NCBI GenBank assembly: GCA_051985455.1
Contig: JBPYEI010000103.1
Coordinates: 637 to 64,636 of the forward strand
From: Acidimicrobiales bacterium
GTDB lineage: Bacteria; Actinomycetota; Acidimicrobiia; Acidimicrobiales; AC-9
DNA length: 64,000 nt
Direction of reading: 5' to 3'
Part shown: positions 55,261-63,474 of the stretch, piece after piece
Layout: every line of letters starts with the position of its first letter
Position numbering within the stretch: position 1 is the stretch's first letter
Notes under the pieces: generated by a model
What the model saw: only the letters and a program-made list of their open reading frames with translations
The model's database searches: none
Told to the model about the DNA's origin: nothing
Translations under genes and position numbers: made by a program

Positions 55261-55408
55261 CGCGTCGACCCTCCTCGATCTGGGCGACGAAAAACCTGGC
55301 GGCCCTCGCCCTGGTCTTGTACCCCCCTTGCAGGCGCCCATGTCAGGCACATCCATATTGCCAGCTGTCCCACCGGACGGCGGGACCGTGCGGTCGTAGC
55401 ATGGACGC

Positions 55409-55999
55409 ATGACCAGCGAACCGACGGCGCAGCCAGCAGCTCACGACGACGAGGAGGAGGCCCCGCGCTGGCGGGGTATCAACCACCTGGCCCTGGTCAC
55501 GACCGACATGGACGCGACCGTGCGCTTCTACGCCGGGGTGCTCGGGGCTCGGTTGGTGGCCGACCTGGGCAACAGGTCGTTCCGGCACTACTTCTTCGAG
55601 TTCGGCGTAGGCAACACGGTGGCGTTCTTCGAGTACCACGGGGTGGAGCTGGAGCCGTTCGCCAAGCCGGCCGGGATCCCCGACCCGCGAGCGGTCCAGT
55701 TCGACCACCTCTCCTTCAACCTGCCCGACGAGACCGCCCTGCTGGCGCTCCGGGACCGGCTGAAGGCGGCCGGATCCGAGGTCACGGACCTCGTCGACCA
55801 CGGCTTCCTCCGCTCGATCTACTTCACCGACCCGAGCGGCATCGCCCTGGAGGCCTCGTACTGGGTGACCGACCCCACCGGACGACCGGCCGACTACGCC
55901 GACGAGGGCCTGTTCGCCGACCCTGACCCGGTCCCGGCCGTGCGTGAGCTGCGGTCCGACGGCCGCCTGCGCTCCCTCCCGGCTACCCGCCTGGTCTGA
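55409..55999 (+). CDS. VOC family protein (glyoxalase/extradiol-dioxygenase-like)
   Basis: Sequence ..INHLALVTTDMDATVRFYAGVLGARLV.., ..HYFFEFG.., ..FDHLSFNL.. and ..SIYFTDPSGIALE.. are present. No SD is visible. TAGCAT lies at 55397-55402, 6 nt before the ATG, which suggests a leaderless mRNA. Confidence 0.8.
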   Translation: MTSEPTAQPAAHDDEEEAPRWRGINHLALVTTDMDATVRFYAGVLGARLVADLGNRSFRHYFFEFGVGNTVAFFEYHGVELEPFAKPAGIPDPRAVQFDHLSFNLPDETALLALRDRLKAAGSEVTDLVDHGFLRSIYFTDPSGIALEASYWVTDPTGRPADYADEGLFADPDPVPAVRELRSDGRLRSLPATRLV

Positions 56000-56099
56000 G
56001 CCTGCGCCCGCCCGCCCCGGGCAGGGCGCCGGGCCGCCCACAGGCCTCCCTCAGGACCCCCCACTAACGTGAGCGCGTCCCAGCGAGGCCGGAGGAAGC

Positions 56100-58049
56100 G
56101 TGATGGAGGAGGGCCACAGCGTGGCCGTCAAGGGCCCCGACGAGGTTCCGGCGGCGCACCCGCTCGACCCACTGTCGGCGGAGGAGATCATGGCCGCCTG
56201 CACGATCGTGAAGGAGGTCCAGGGACTCGAGGATGGCGTCAGGTTCCCCTGGGTGACGCTCCACGAGCCTCCGAAGGACATCGCCTGGGGCCACCGGCCC
56301 GGTGACGAGATCGACCGCCAGGCCGAGGTGGCCGTCCTCGAGCGGACCACCGGGGCCGTGCACGAGGCCTTGGTGTCGATCACCCGCTCGTCCGTCCTCG
56401 CCTGGCGGTCGGTGCCGGGCGTCGTTTCCCCGCTGCTGGTGGACGAGCTGGTCTTCGCCTTCCACGCGGTCAAGCAAGACGGGCGGTGGCAGGAGGCCCT
56501 GCGGCGCAGAGGGATAACGGACTTCGACCTGGTCCAGGTGGACCCCTGGCCGGCCGGCAACTTCGGCATCGACGGCGAGCAGGGCCGCCGCATCGTGCGC
56601 TGCGTGTCGTACGTGCGCACCCACCCCACAGACAACGGCTACGCCCGCCCGATCGAGGGGCTGGTTGCCGTGGTCGATCTGGCCACGGCGGAGGTCATCG
56701 AGCTCATCGACAGGGAGGTCGTTCCGATCCCGCAGACATCGGGGAACTACGACCCCGCCTCGGTGGGAGCGCTGCGACAGGATCTGAAGCCGCTGGCCAT
56801 CACCCAGCCCGAGGGACCGAGCTTCGAGGTCGAGGGATCCGAGATCCGCTGGCAGCGGTGGCGCCTACGGGTGTCGGTCCACCCCGTCGAGGGCCTGGTG
56901 CTCCACACTGTCGGCTACGAGGATGATGGACGCGTCCGGCCCATCCTCCATCGCGCCTCGATCGCCGAGATGGTCGTCCCCTACGGGGACACTGTCACCA
57001 ACCACTGGTGGAAGAACGCCTTCGACGTCGGCGAGTGGGGCCTCGGGAAGATGATGCAGAGCCTCACGCTCGGCTGCGACTGCCTGGGAGAGATCCGCTA
57101 TCTCGACGCCGTCCTCAACGACGATCGGGGTGGGGCCCGTACGATCACGAACGCCATCTGTCTGCACGAGGAGGACTACGGCATCCTCTGGAAGCACGTC
57201 GACCTCTGGAGCGGCGCCTCCGAGGTGCGGCGGTCGCGGCGGATGGTCATCTCGTTCATCTCGACCGTCGGCAACTACGAGTACGGCTTCTACTGGTACC
57301 TGTACCTCGACGGCACGATCCAGCTCGAGGTGAAGCTGACCGGCATCATGCAGACGTCGGCACGAGAGGCCTCGCACCGTCCCGCGTTCGGAGAGGTCGT
57401 GGGCCCGGAGCTCTACGCGCCGCACCACCAGCACCTGCTCTGCGCCCGCCTCGATTTCGACCTCGACGGCCGGGCGAACTCGGTGTACGAGATGGACGCC
57501 GTGGCCGATCCGCCAGGTGAGGACAACCCGGAGGGGACCGCCTTCCGCTCGCGGGCCAGGCTGCTGGCGTCGGAGTCCGACGCCAAACGGACCATCGACC
57601 CGCTGGCCAGCCGCCACTGGAAGGTCGTGAACCCGTCGTCGCTGAACGGCCTAGGGGAGCCCGTCGGCTACAAGCTGATCCCCGGTCAGACCCCGTGCCT
57701 GCTGGCATCGCCGACGTCCAGCGTCGGCCGACGGGCCACCTTCGCCACCAAGAGCCTGTGGGTGACAGCCTTCGACCCGAGCGAGCGCCGCCCCGCGGGT
57801 GACTACCCCAACCAGAGCGGCGGCGGCGACGGGCTGCCGGCCTGGACGGCGGCCGATCGGCGACTGGTGGACGCCGACGTCGTCCTGTGGCACACCTTCG
57901 GCGTTACCCACGTGGCCCGGCCGGAGGACTGGCCTGTACTTCCCGTGGAGTACGCCGGCTTCGTGCTGAAGCCGGTCGGGTTCTTCGACCGCAACCCCGC
58001 CCTGGACGTGCCCCCGACGACGAACGGTCACTGCAGCAGCGGAGGCTGA
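56100..58049 (+). CDS. Copper-containing primary amine oxidase (TPQ cofactor)
   Basis: The TPQ consensus is ..STVGNYEYGFYWY.. (N-Y-E-Y). The copper His region is ..APHHQHLL.., and ..LWHTFGVTH.. is also present. Length is about 650 aa. The start is GTG 56100 or ATG 56103, behind GGAGG. Confidence 0.9.
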   Translation: MMEEGHSVAVKGPDEVPAAHPLDPLSAEEIMAACTIVKEVQGLEDGVRFPWVTLHEPPKDIAWGHRPGDEIDRQAEVAVLERTTGAVHEALVSITRSSVLAWRSVPGVVSPLLVDELVFAFHAVKQDGRWQEALRRRGITDFDLVQVDPWPAGNFGIDGEQGRRIVRCVSYVRTHPTDNGYARPIEGLVAVVDLATAEVIELIDREVVPIPQTSGNYDPASVGALRQDLKPLAITQPEGPSFEVEGSEIRWQRWRLRVSVHPVEGLVLHTVGYEDDGRVRPILHRASIAEMVVPYGDTVTNHWWKNAFDVGEWGLGKMMQSLTLGCDCLGEIRYLDAVLNDDRGGARTITNAICLHEEDYGILWKHVDLWSGASEVRRSRRMVISFISTVGNYEYGFYWYLYLDGTIQLEVKLTGIMQTSAREASHRPAFGEVVGPELYAPHHQHLLCARLDFDLDGRANSVYEMDAVADPPGEDNPEGTAFRSRARLLASESDAKRTIDPLASRHWKVVNPSSLNGLGEPVGYKLIPGQTPCLLASPTSSVGRRATFATKSLWVTAFDPSERRPAGDYPNQSGGGDGLPAWTAADRRLVDADVVLWHTFGVTHVARPEDWPVLPVEYAGFVLKPVGFFDRNPALDVPPTTNGHCSSGG

Positions 58050-58200
58050 CGCGGGTCTCGTCAGGACGAAATTGGGCGCTGCGACCGCAGCCGCGGCGCT
58101 CACTTTCGACCAGACGTGGAACGCGGGGACACTGCCGGGACCCGCCGACGATGATCACGGACGAGGGTCCGCGGACCACGAGATCCGTAGACTGGCGCCA

Positions 58201-58833
58201 ATGCGTACCCGTGGCGCCAGCGACGCCAGGGTGGATCGCGTCCTCACCGTTCCCAACGGCGTCACCGCGGCTCGACTGGCTGCGGTTCCGGTGTTCTTGT
58301 GGCTGTTGTTCGGGCTGCACGAGCGGGTGGCAGCGGCGGGGCTGCTGGCGGTGCTGGGCGCCACCGACTGGGTCGACGGCTGGCTGGCCCGGCGGCTGGG
58401 TCAGGTGTCCACCGTGGGCAAGGTGCTCGACCCCGTGGCCGACCGCATCCTGATCGGCGTGGCCGTGACGGCCATCGTGGTCGACGGCTCCGTACCCCTG
58501 TGGCTGGGTGTCACCGTGCTGACGCGAGAGGCGCTCGTGTCGGCCGCGGTCCTGGTCCTCGCCGCGCTGGGTGCGGCGCGCATCGACGTGGTCTGGGTGG
58601 GCAAGGCCGGCACCTTCGGCCTGATGGTCGCCTTCCCGCTCTTCCTCGCCGCCGGCCCGTCGGCGTCGTGGTCCAATCCTGCCTACGTCGCCGCGTGGGT
58701 GTGCGCGGTGCCCGCGCTGGCGCTGTCCTGGTACGCCGCAGGCGCGTACATCCCGGCGGCTCGTGCTGCGCTCGCGCAGGGACGTCCCGGGAGGTCCTCC
58801 GGTCGAGGTGGTCGGGTAGGGTCGAGCCCGTGA
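58201..58833 (+). CDS. CDP-alcohol phosphatidyltransferase family protein (PgsA / eukaryotic-type cardiolipin synthase-like)
   Basis: A perfect D-G-x2-A-R-x8-G-x3-D-x3-D motif is present: DGWLARRLGQVSTVGKVLDPVAD. Several TM segments are present. I place the start at ATG 58201; the track TTG 58072 is unlikely. The stop overlaps the next gene's GTG (GTGA). Confidence 0.85.
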   Translation: MRTRGASDARVDRVLTVPNGVTAARLAAVPVFLWLLFGLHERVAAAGLLAVLGATDWVDGWLARRLGQVSTVGKVLDPVADRILIGVAVTAIVVDGSVPLWLGVTVLTREALVSAAVLVLAALGAARIDVVWVGKAGTFGLMVAFPLFLAAGPSASWSNPAYVAAWVCAVPALALSWYAAGAYIPAARAALAQGRPGRSSGRGGRVGSSP

Positions 58834-61316
58834 AGGCGGTGATCATGGCGGGCGGGGAGGGCACGCGCCTGCGTCCGCTGACGTCGAACCAGCCCAAGCC
58901 CATGCTGCCCATGGTGAACCGCCCGATGATGGAGCACATCGTCGGGCTGCTGCGGGAGCACGGTTTCGACGACATCGTCGTCACCGTGGCTTTTCTGGCC
59001 AATTCTGTACGGAACTATTTCGGTGACGGGTCGGAGTTCGGCGTGAGAATGGTCTACGCCACCGAGGAGACGCCGCTCGGCACTGCCGGCTCGGTGCTCA
59101 ACGCCAAGGACGAGCTGGACGAGCGCTTCCTCGTGATCTCGGGAGACGTCCTCACCGACATCGACCTGTCGGCCGTGCTGGCGTTCCACGAACAGCGTCA
59201 GGCTCTGGTCACCATCGGCCTCAAGGCCATGGAGAACCCACTCGAGTTCGGCATCGTGATCACCAACGAGGACGGCTCCATCGACCGCTTCCTCGAGAAG
59301 CCCACGTGGGGCCAGGTGTTCAGCGACACCGTCAATACCGGGATCTACGTGATCGAGCCGGAGGTGCTCGAGTTCATCGAGGCGGGACGCCCGGTCGACT
59401 TCTCGGGCGAGGTCTTTCCCGCCCTGCTGGCGGCGGGCGAGCCTGTCTACGGCTACGTCGCCGAAGGCTACTGGGAGGACGTCGGCAACGCCGAGGCCTA
59501 TGTGCGGGCTCACCAGGACGTCCTCGACAAGAAGGTGGACATCGACGTTCCCGGGTTCTCGCTGCGTCCCGGCGTCTGGATCGGCGAAGGTGCCGAGGTG
59601 CACCCGTCGGCGCGCATCGACGGGCCCGTCGTCATCGGCGACTACTGCCGCATCGGACCTGGTGCCCACCTGACCGACCACACGGTGCTCGGGGGAAATG
59701 TGCTCGTGGGCCCGGATGCGTCCCTGCAGCGGGCCATCGTGCACGACAACTCGTACCTCGGCCAGGGCGTGAGCCTGCGCGGGTGCGTCCTCGGGCGGGC
59801 CAACGACCTCCGGCAGGGGGTCCGGTGCGAGGAAGGCGTGGTGGTGGGCGACGAGTGCTTCGTGGGCGAGCAGGCGGTGATCAACCCCGGGGTGAAGGTC
59901 TATCCGTCGAAGACGGTGGAGGCCGGCGCAACGGTCAACACCTCGATCGTCTGGGAATCGCGGGGCACGCGGAGCCTGTTCGGACGGCTGGGCGTGGCGG
60001 GACTCGCCAACGTGGACATCAGTCCCCAGCTGGCCGTGCGGGTGGCGATGGCGTACGCCACGACGCTCAAGCGGGGGACGACGGTGACGACGTCGCGCGA
60101 CTCGAGCCGGGCGGCGCGGATGCTCAAACGCGCAATCATGGTCGGCCTCAACGCCGCCGGGGTGAACGCCGACGACCTGGAGGTGGCGCCTCTGCCCGTC
60201 ACCCGGTTTCAGGTGCGCCGGGGGTTCAGCCAGGGGGGCATCAGCGTGAGGCTGTCGCCGGGCGACCCGCAGGCCGTCCTCATCCGCTTCTTCGACGTTG
60301 CCGGCGTCGACATCGACGAGACGACCCAGCGCAAGATCGAGCGGCTGGTGCACCGGGAGGACTTCCGGCGGGTGCCGGCCGCCGAGATCGGCGATCTGGG
60401 CTTCCCGCCCAGGACCCTCGAGTTCTACACGGCCGCGCTCATGGACAGCATCGACCTCCAGGCCGTCCGGTCGGCGCGGTTCAAGCTCGTCGTCGACTAC
60501 GCCTACGGCACGGCGAGCTTCGTGATGCCCAACGTGCTGGCCCGTCTGGGCGCCGACGTGCTGGCCGTCAACCCCTACGCCTCGACCGAAGGCGCCGTGG
60601 CCTTCGACCGGGAGACCCACGCCCTGCAGGTGAGCCAGCTGGTGAAGGCCTCCGGTGCCCATCTCGGCGCTGTGATCTTCCCGGACGGTGAGCGCCTGGT
60701 CATCGTCGACGACGCCGGCCAGGTGCTGGGCGACGACGAGTCCCTCCTCGCCCTGCTGCGGCTGGTGGTCACCACCCGCGATCGACCCCGGGTGGCGCTT
60801 CCGGTGGTCACCAGCCGGGCCGCCGAGGCGATCTGCGCCGAGGCCGGGGCCGAGATCCTCTGGACCAAGACCTCCACCGCCCATCTCATGGAGGTGGCGG
60901 AGGTCGGCCACGTCGACTTCGCCGGAGGACGCGAGGGCGGCTTCGCCTTTCCAGGTTTCCTTCCCGCCTCTGACGCAGCCGCCACCCTGGTCAACATGCT
61001 GGCCATGCTCGCCGCCACCGGGTTGCGGCTCTCCAAGGTGGTGAGCCAGTCGGCGCCCGTGCACCTGGCGCACCAGCGCGTGATCACCCCCTGGGAGCAG
61101 AAGGGTCTGGTCATGCGGACCCTGGTCGAGAACCTCAAGGACCGGGAGCTCGTCCTGGTCGACGGGGTGAAGGTCTTGGAGGACCACGGGTGGGCCCTGG
61201 TGCTGCCCGATCCCGAGCAGCCGGTGACCCACGTGTGGGCGGAGGGACGCGACGACCGGGCTGCCTCGGCGCGAGCCGACGAGTACGCATCGCTCGTGCG
61301 GGAGCTCCTGCGGTAG
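58830..61316 (+). CDS. Long ManC-like sugar-1-phosphate nucleotidyltransferase: NTP-transferase + left-handed beta-helix + phosphohexomutase-like C-terminal region
   Basis: GTG 58830 gives VKAVIMAGGEGTRLRPLT.. (G-x-G-x-R-L). Hexapeptide repeats follow (..IGDYCRIGPGAHL..VLGGNVLVGPDASL..). The following ~430 aa are collinear with the four-domain PGM/PMM fold. The first 177 codons of the track ORF (from 58299) are out-of-context junk that overlaps the upstream gene. Confidence 0.85.
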   Translation: MKAVIMAGGEGTRLRPLTSNQPKPMLPMVNRPMMEHIVGLLREHGFDDIVVTVAFLANSVRNYFGDGSEFGVRMVYATEETPLGTAGSVLNAKDELDERFLVISGDVLTDIDLSAVLAFHEQRQALVTIGLKAMENPLEFGIVITNEDGSIDRFLEKPTWGQVFSDTVNTGIYVIEPEVLEFIEAGRPVDFSGEVFPALLAAGEPVYGYVAEGYWEDVGNAEAYVRAHQDVLDKKVDIDVPGFSLRPGVWIGEGAEVHPSARIDGPVVIGDYCRIGPGAHLTDHTVLGGNVLVGPDASLQRAIVHDNSYLGQGVSLRGCVLGRANDLRQGVRCEEGVVVGDECFVGEQAVINPGVKVYPSKTVEAGATVNTSIVWESRGTRSLFGRLGVAGLANVDISPQLAVRVAMAYATTLKRGTTVTTSRDSSRAARMLKRAIMVGLNAAGVNADDLEVAPLPVTRFQVRRGFSQGGISVRLSPGDPQAVLIRFFDVAGVDIDETTQRKIERLVHREDFRRVPAAEIGDLGFPPRTLEFYTAALMDSIDLQAVRSARFKLVVDYAYGTASFVMPNVLARLGADVLAVNPYASTEGAVAFDRETHALQVSQLVKASGAHLGAVIFPDGERLVIVDDAGQVLGDDESLLALLRLVVTTRDRPRVALPVVTSRAAEAICAEAGAEILWTKTSTAHLMEVAEVGHVDFAGGREGGFAFPGFLPASDAAATLVNMLAMLAATGLRLSKVVSQSAPVHLAHQRVITPWEQKGLVMRTLVENLKDRELVLVDGVKVLEDHGWALVLPDPEQPVTHVWAEGRDDRAASARADEYASLVRELLR

Positions 61317-61385
61317 TCCAGGGCGTCGATCCGGGGCGCCGGGTCCGTGTGAGAGGTGCCGGGCCGGATCGGGTAGCTTCCTGCC

Positions 61386-61766
61386 ATGAACGTGCCCGAC
61401 GGCCTCCGGTACACGTCCGACCACGAGTGGGCCCGGCTCGAGGACGGCAAGGTGCGAGTGGGGATCACCGACTACGCGCAGGACGCGCTCGGTGACGTCG
61501 TGTTCGTCCAGCTCCCGGAGCAGGGCGCCACGGTCGAGGGCTCGGCGGTGTTCAGCGAGGTCGAGTCGACGAAGTCGGTCTCCGACATCTACGCCCCGGT
61601 GGCCGGCGTGGTCGTCGAGGTGAACACCGAGTTGGCCGACGCGCCGCAGCGCGTCAACGAGGACCCCTACGGTGAGGGCTGGATCTGCGTGATCGAGCCG
61701 CGGGATGCCGACGAGCTCGACGGCCTCCTGGACGCAGATGCCTATCGTCGCCTGATCTCGGATTGA
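61386..61766 (+). CDS. gcvH: Glycine cleavage system protein H
   Basis: 126 aa. Sequence ..YTSDHEWARLEDGKVRVGITDYAQDALGDVVFVQLP.. and the lipoyl-lysine motif ..VESTKSVSD.. are present. Confidence 0.95.
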   Translation: MNVPDGLRYTSDHEWARLEDGKVRVGITDYAQDALGDVVFVQLPEQGATVEGSAVFSEVESTKSVSDIYAPVAGVVVEVNTELADAPQRVNEDPYGEGWICVIEPRDADELDGLLDADAYRRLISD

Positions 61767-61819
61767 CCCCAGTCCCTGCCCGGTGAGCGCGAGACCGCCA
61801 AGGAGTACGGTGGACGTCG

Positions 61820-62296
61820 ATGTTCTGCAATAACTGCGGTCACCGCAATCCGCCCGACGCCAAGTTCTGTTCGTCGTGCGGAGCGACGCTGCCCACGTCC
61901 ACGGACGACACGACCGTGTCGTTCCTGCCGGTCGAGGGGGGCAGCGAGACGGCCGAGCAGGAGGTCGGTGTGACGCTCCCCGAGCTGCCGGAGGGTATCG
62001 GCATGCTCGTGGTCAAGCGTGGTCCGAACGCCGGCTCGAAGTACATGCTGGACGCAGACATCACCAGGGCCGGGCGTCATCCCGAGAGCGACATCTTCCT
62101 CGACGACATCACCGTGTCCCGACGCCACGCAGAGTTCGCCCGCCGCGACCGGGGGTACCTCGTGCGCGACGTGGGCTCGCTCAACGGCACCTATCTGAAC
62201 CGGGAGCGGATCGAAGAGGCGGAGCTGGCGAGCGGAGACGAGGTCCAGATCGGTAAGTTCAAGCTGGTTTATCTGGCGGGTGCGGCGGAAGGGTAG
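61820..62296 (+). CDS. garA: FHA-domain protein, GarA/OdhI-like, with N-terminal zinc ribbon
   Basis: MFCNNCGHRNPPDAKFCSSCG is a CxxC...CxxC zinc ribbon. ..DDTTVSFLP.. is a Thr-Thr motif similar to the ETTS of GarA/OdhI. The FHA part reads ..RAGRHPESDIFLDDITVSRRHAEF......VRDVGSLNGTYLN... The gene sits between gcvH and the MerR gene, as garA/odhI does in other Actinobacteria. Confidence 0.8.
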   Translation: MFCNNCGHRNPPDAKFCSSCGATLPTSTDDTTVSFLPVEGGSETAEQEVGVTLPELPEGIGMLVVKRGPNAGSKYMLDADITRAGRHPESDIFLDDITVSRRHAEFARRDRGYLVRDVGSLNGTYLNRERIEEAELASGDEVQIGKFKLVYLAGAAEG

Positions 62297-62307
62297 GGGG
62301 ACAGAGC

Positions 62308-63474
62308 TTGGTGGAGCGGACGTATCTCTCGATCGGGGACGTGCTCTCCCTGCTGAAGGGTGAGTTCCCGGACATCACCATCTCCAAGATCAGGTTCCTC
62401 GAGAGCCAGGGGCTCCTCGACCCCGAGCGCACGCCGTCCGGCTACCGCAAGTTCTACGAGGAGGACGTCGACCGGCTCCGGTGGATTCTCCGCCAGCAAC
62501 GCGAGAACTTCCTGCCCCTCAAGGTCATCAAGGGCCGTCTGGGCGCCAACGGTGGCATGTCGGCCCACCACGAGGGCGGGGGCGGCGCCCGCGTGGGCGT
62601 GGCCCTGCAAGAGGGTCCCGAGGAGGGCGGCGACCAGGACGTCGTGGGGGGTCCTGACGAGCTCGCGCCCCAGGCGGCAGACCGAGCCGGCACCCGTGGC
62701 GAGGGCGCCGAGCGGGAGTGGAGCGTTGCCGAGCCGCGCCCGGGGGAGCCGACGCCGGCAACGCGGATGTCGACCGGGACCTCGTCGCCTTCGGCGGCGC
62801 CGGAAGCGAGCACCAGGAGTCCTGTCGGAGTGGTCCGGCCGGCGCCGGCGGGTCGCCCTGGCCCTGCCGAGACCTCGGCGGCGGAGGCCCGTGGTTCTGG
62901 AGAGCGCTCGGGCCGGTCCGCACAGCCGGCAGTCGGCGCCGAGGGCCGGCCCGAGGCGACGACCGGCCGGGGAGGGCGGCCCGAGGCGACGGCCGGCCGG
63001 GAAGGCCGGTCCGGAGAGTCGGCGGCCAGGCGGTCGGCCTCGACCGAGGCCACCGGCGATGAGACCGGGAGCCCTCTGTCGATCGGCCTGTCGGGGGTGA
63101 ACCTCACCGCCGAGGAGCTGGCGGGCGCCAGCGGTCTCAGCGTGGACGAGCTCGCCGAGCTGGAGCGGTACGGCCTGCTCGCAGGCCGCCCGGTCGGGGA
63201 CACGACCTACTACGACGAAGAGACCCTGACGGTGGCGCGTCTGGCGGCGGGGTTCCGTCGGTTCGGCATCGAGGCTCGACACCTGCGCATGTACCGGACC
63301 GCGGCCGACCGCGAGGCCTCGTTCTTCGAACAGATCGTCATGCCACTGCTCAAGCAGCGCAACCCGGTGGCCAGAAGGCGCGCCGTGGACACCCTGGCCG
63401 AGCTGGCGCGCCTCGGCCAAGGGCTTCGAGGGTCGCTGTTGCGCAGCGCGCTCAAGGACAACACCGGGGGGTGA
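62308..63474 (+). CDS. MerR family transcriptional regulator (Rv1828/FtsR-like) with a long low-complexity insertion
   Basis: The N-terminal MerR HTH is ..LSIGDVLSLLKGEFPDITISKIRFLESQGLLDPERTPSGYRKFYEEDVDRLRWIL... The conserved C-terminal domain is ..YYDEETLTVARLAAGFRRFGIEARHLRMY... About 190 residues of G/R/P/E/A-rich linker lie between them. Confidence 0.85.
   Translation: MVERTYLSIGDVLSLLKGEFPDITISKIRFLESQGLLDPERTPSGYRKFYEEDVDRLRWILRQQRENFLPLKVIKGRLGANGGMSAHHEGGGGARVGVALQEGPEEGGDQDVVGGPDELAPQAADRAGTRGEGAEREWSVAEPRPGEPTPATRMSTGTSSPSAAPEASTRSPVGVVRPAPAGRPGPAETSAAEARGSGERSGRSAQPAVGAEGRPEATTGRGGRPEATAGREGRSGESAARRSASTEATGDETGSPLSIGLSGVNLTAEELAGASGLSVDELAELERYGLLAGRPVGDTTYYDEETLTVARLAAGFRRFGIEARHLRMYRTAADREASFFEQIVMPLLKQRNPVARRRAVDTLAELARLGQGLRGSLLRSALKDNTGG
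62941..63010. repeat. Imperfect ~30-bp tandem repeat inside the MerR linker (encodes GRPEATTGRG / GRPEATAGRE / GRSGESAARR)
   Basis: Read directly: ggccggcccgaggcgacgaccggccgg..ggcggcccgaggcgacggccggccgg.. Confidence 0.7.

Noticed and set aside
52531-55926. 1131-aa ORF on the plus strand, the longest ORF in the track
   Set aside because: It lies exactly antisense to the well-supported acyl-CoA dehydrogenase and runs through the VOC gene in another frame. The translation is Arg/Gly/Ala/Pro-rich low complexity with no recognisable motif. This is a typical shadow ORF in high-GC DNA.
61317-61385. Glycine riboswitch upstream of gcvH
   Set aside because: The leader is only ~70 nt and lacks the conserved glycine aptamer core. 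In known cases the riboswitch precedes gcvT rather than an isolated gcvH.
58683-61424. 913-aa ORF on the minus strand
   Set aside because: It is antisense to the ManC-like gene, whose motifs are unambiguous. Composition is R/G/H/P-rich and no domain signature is present.
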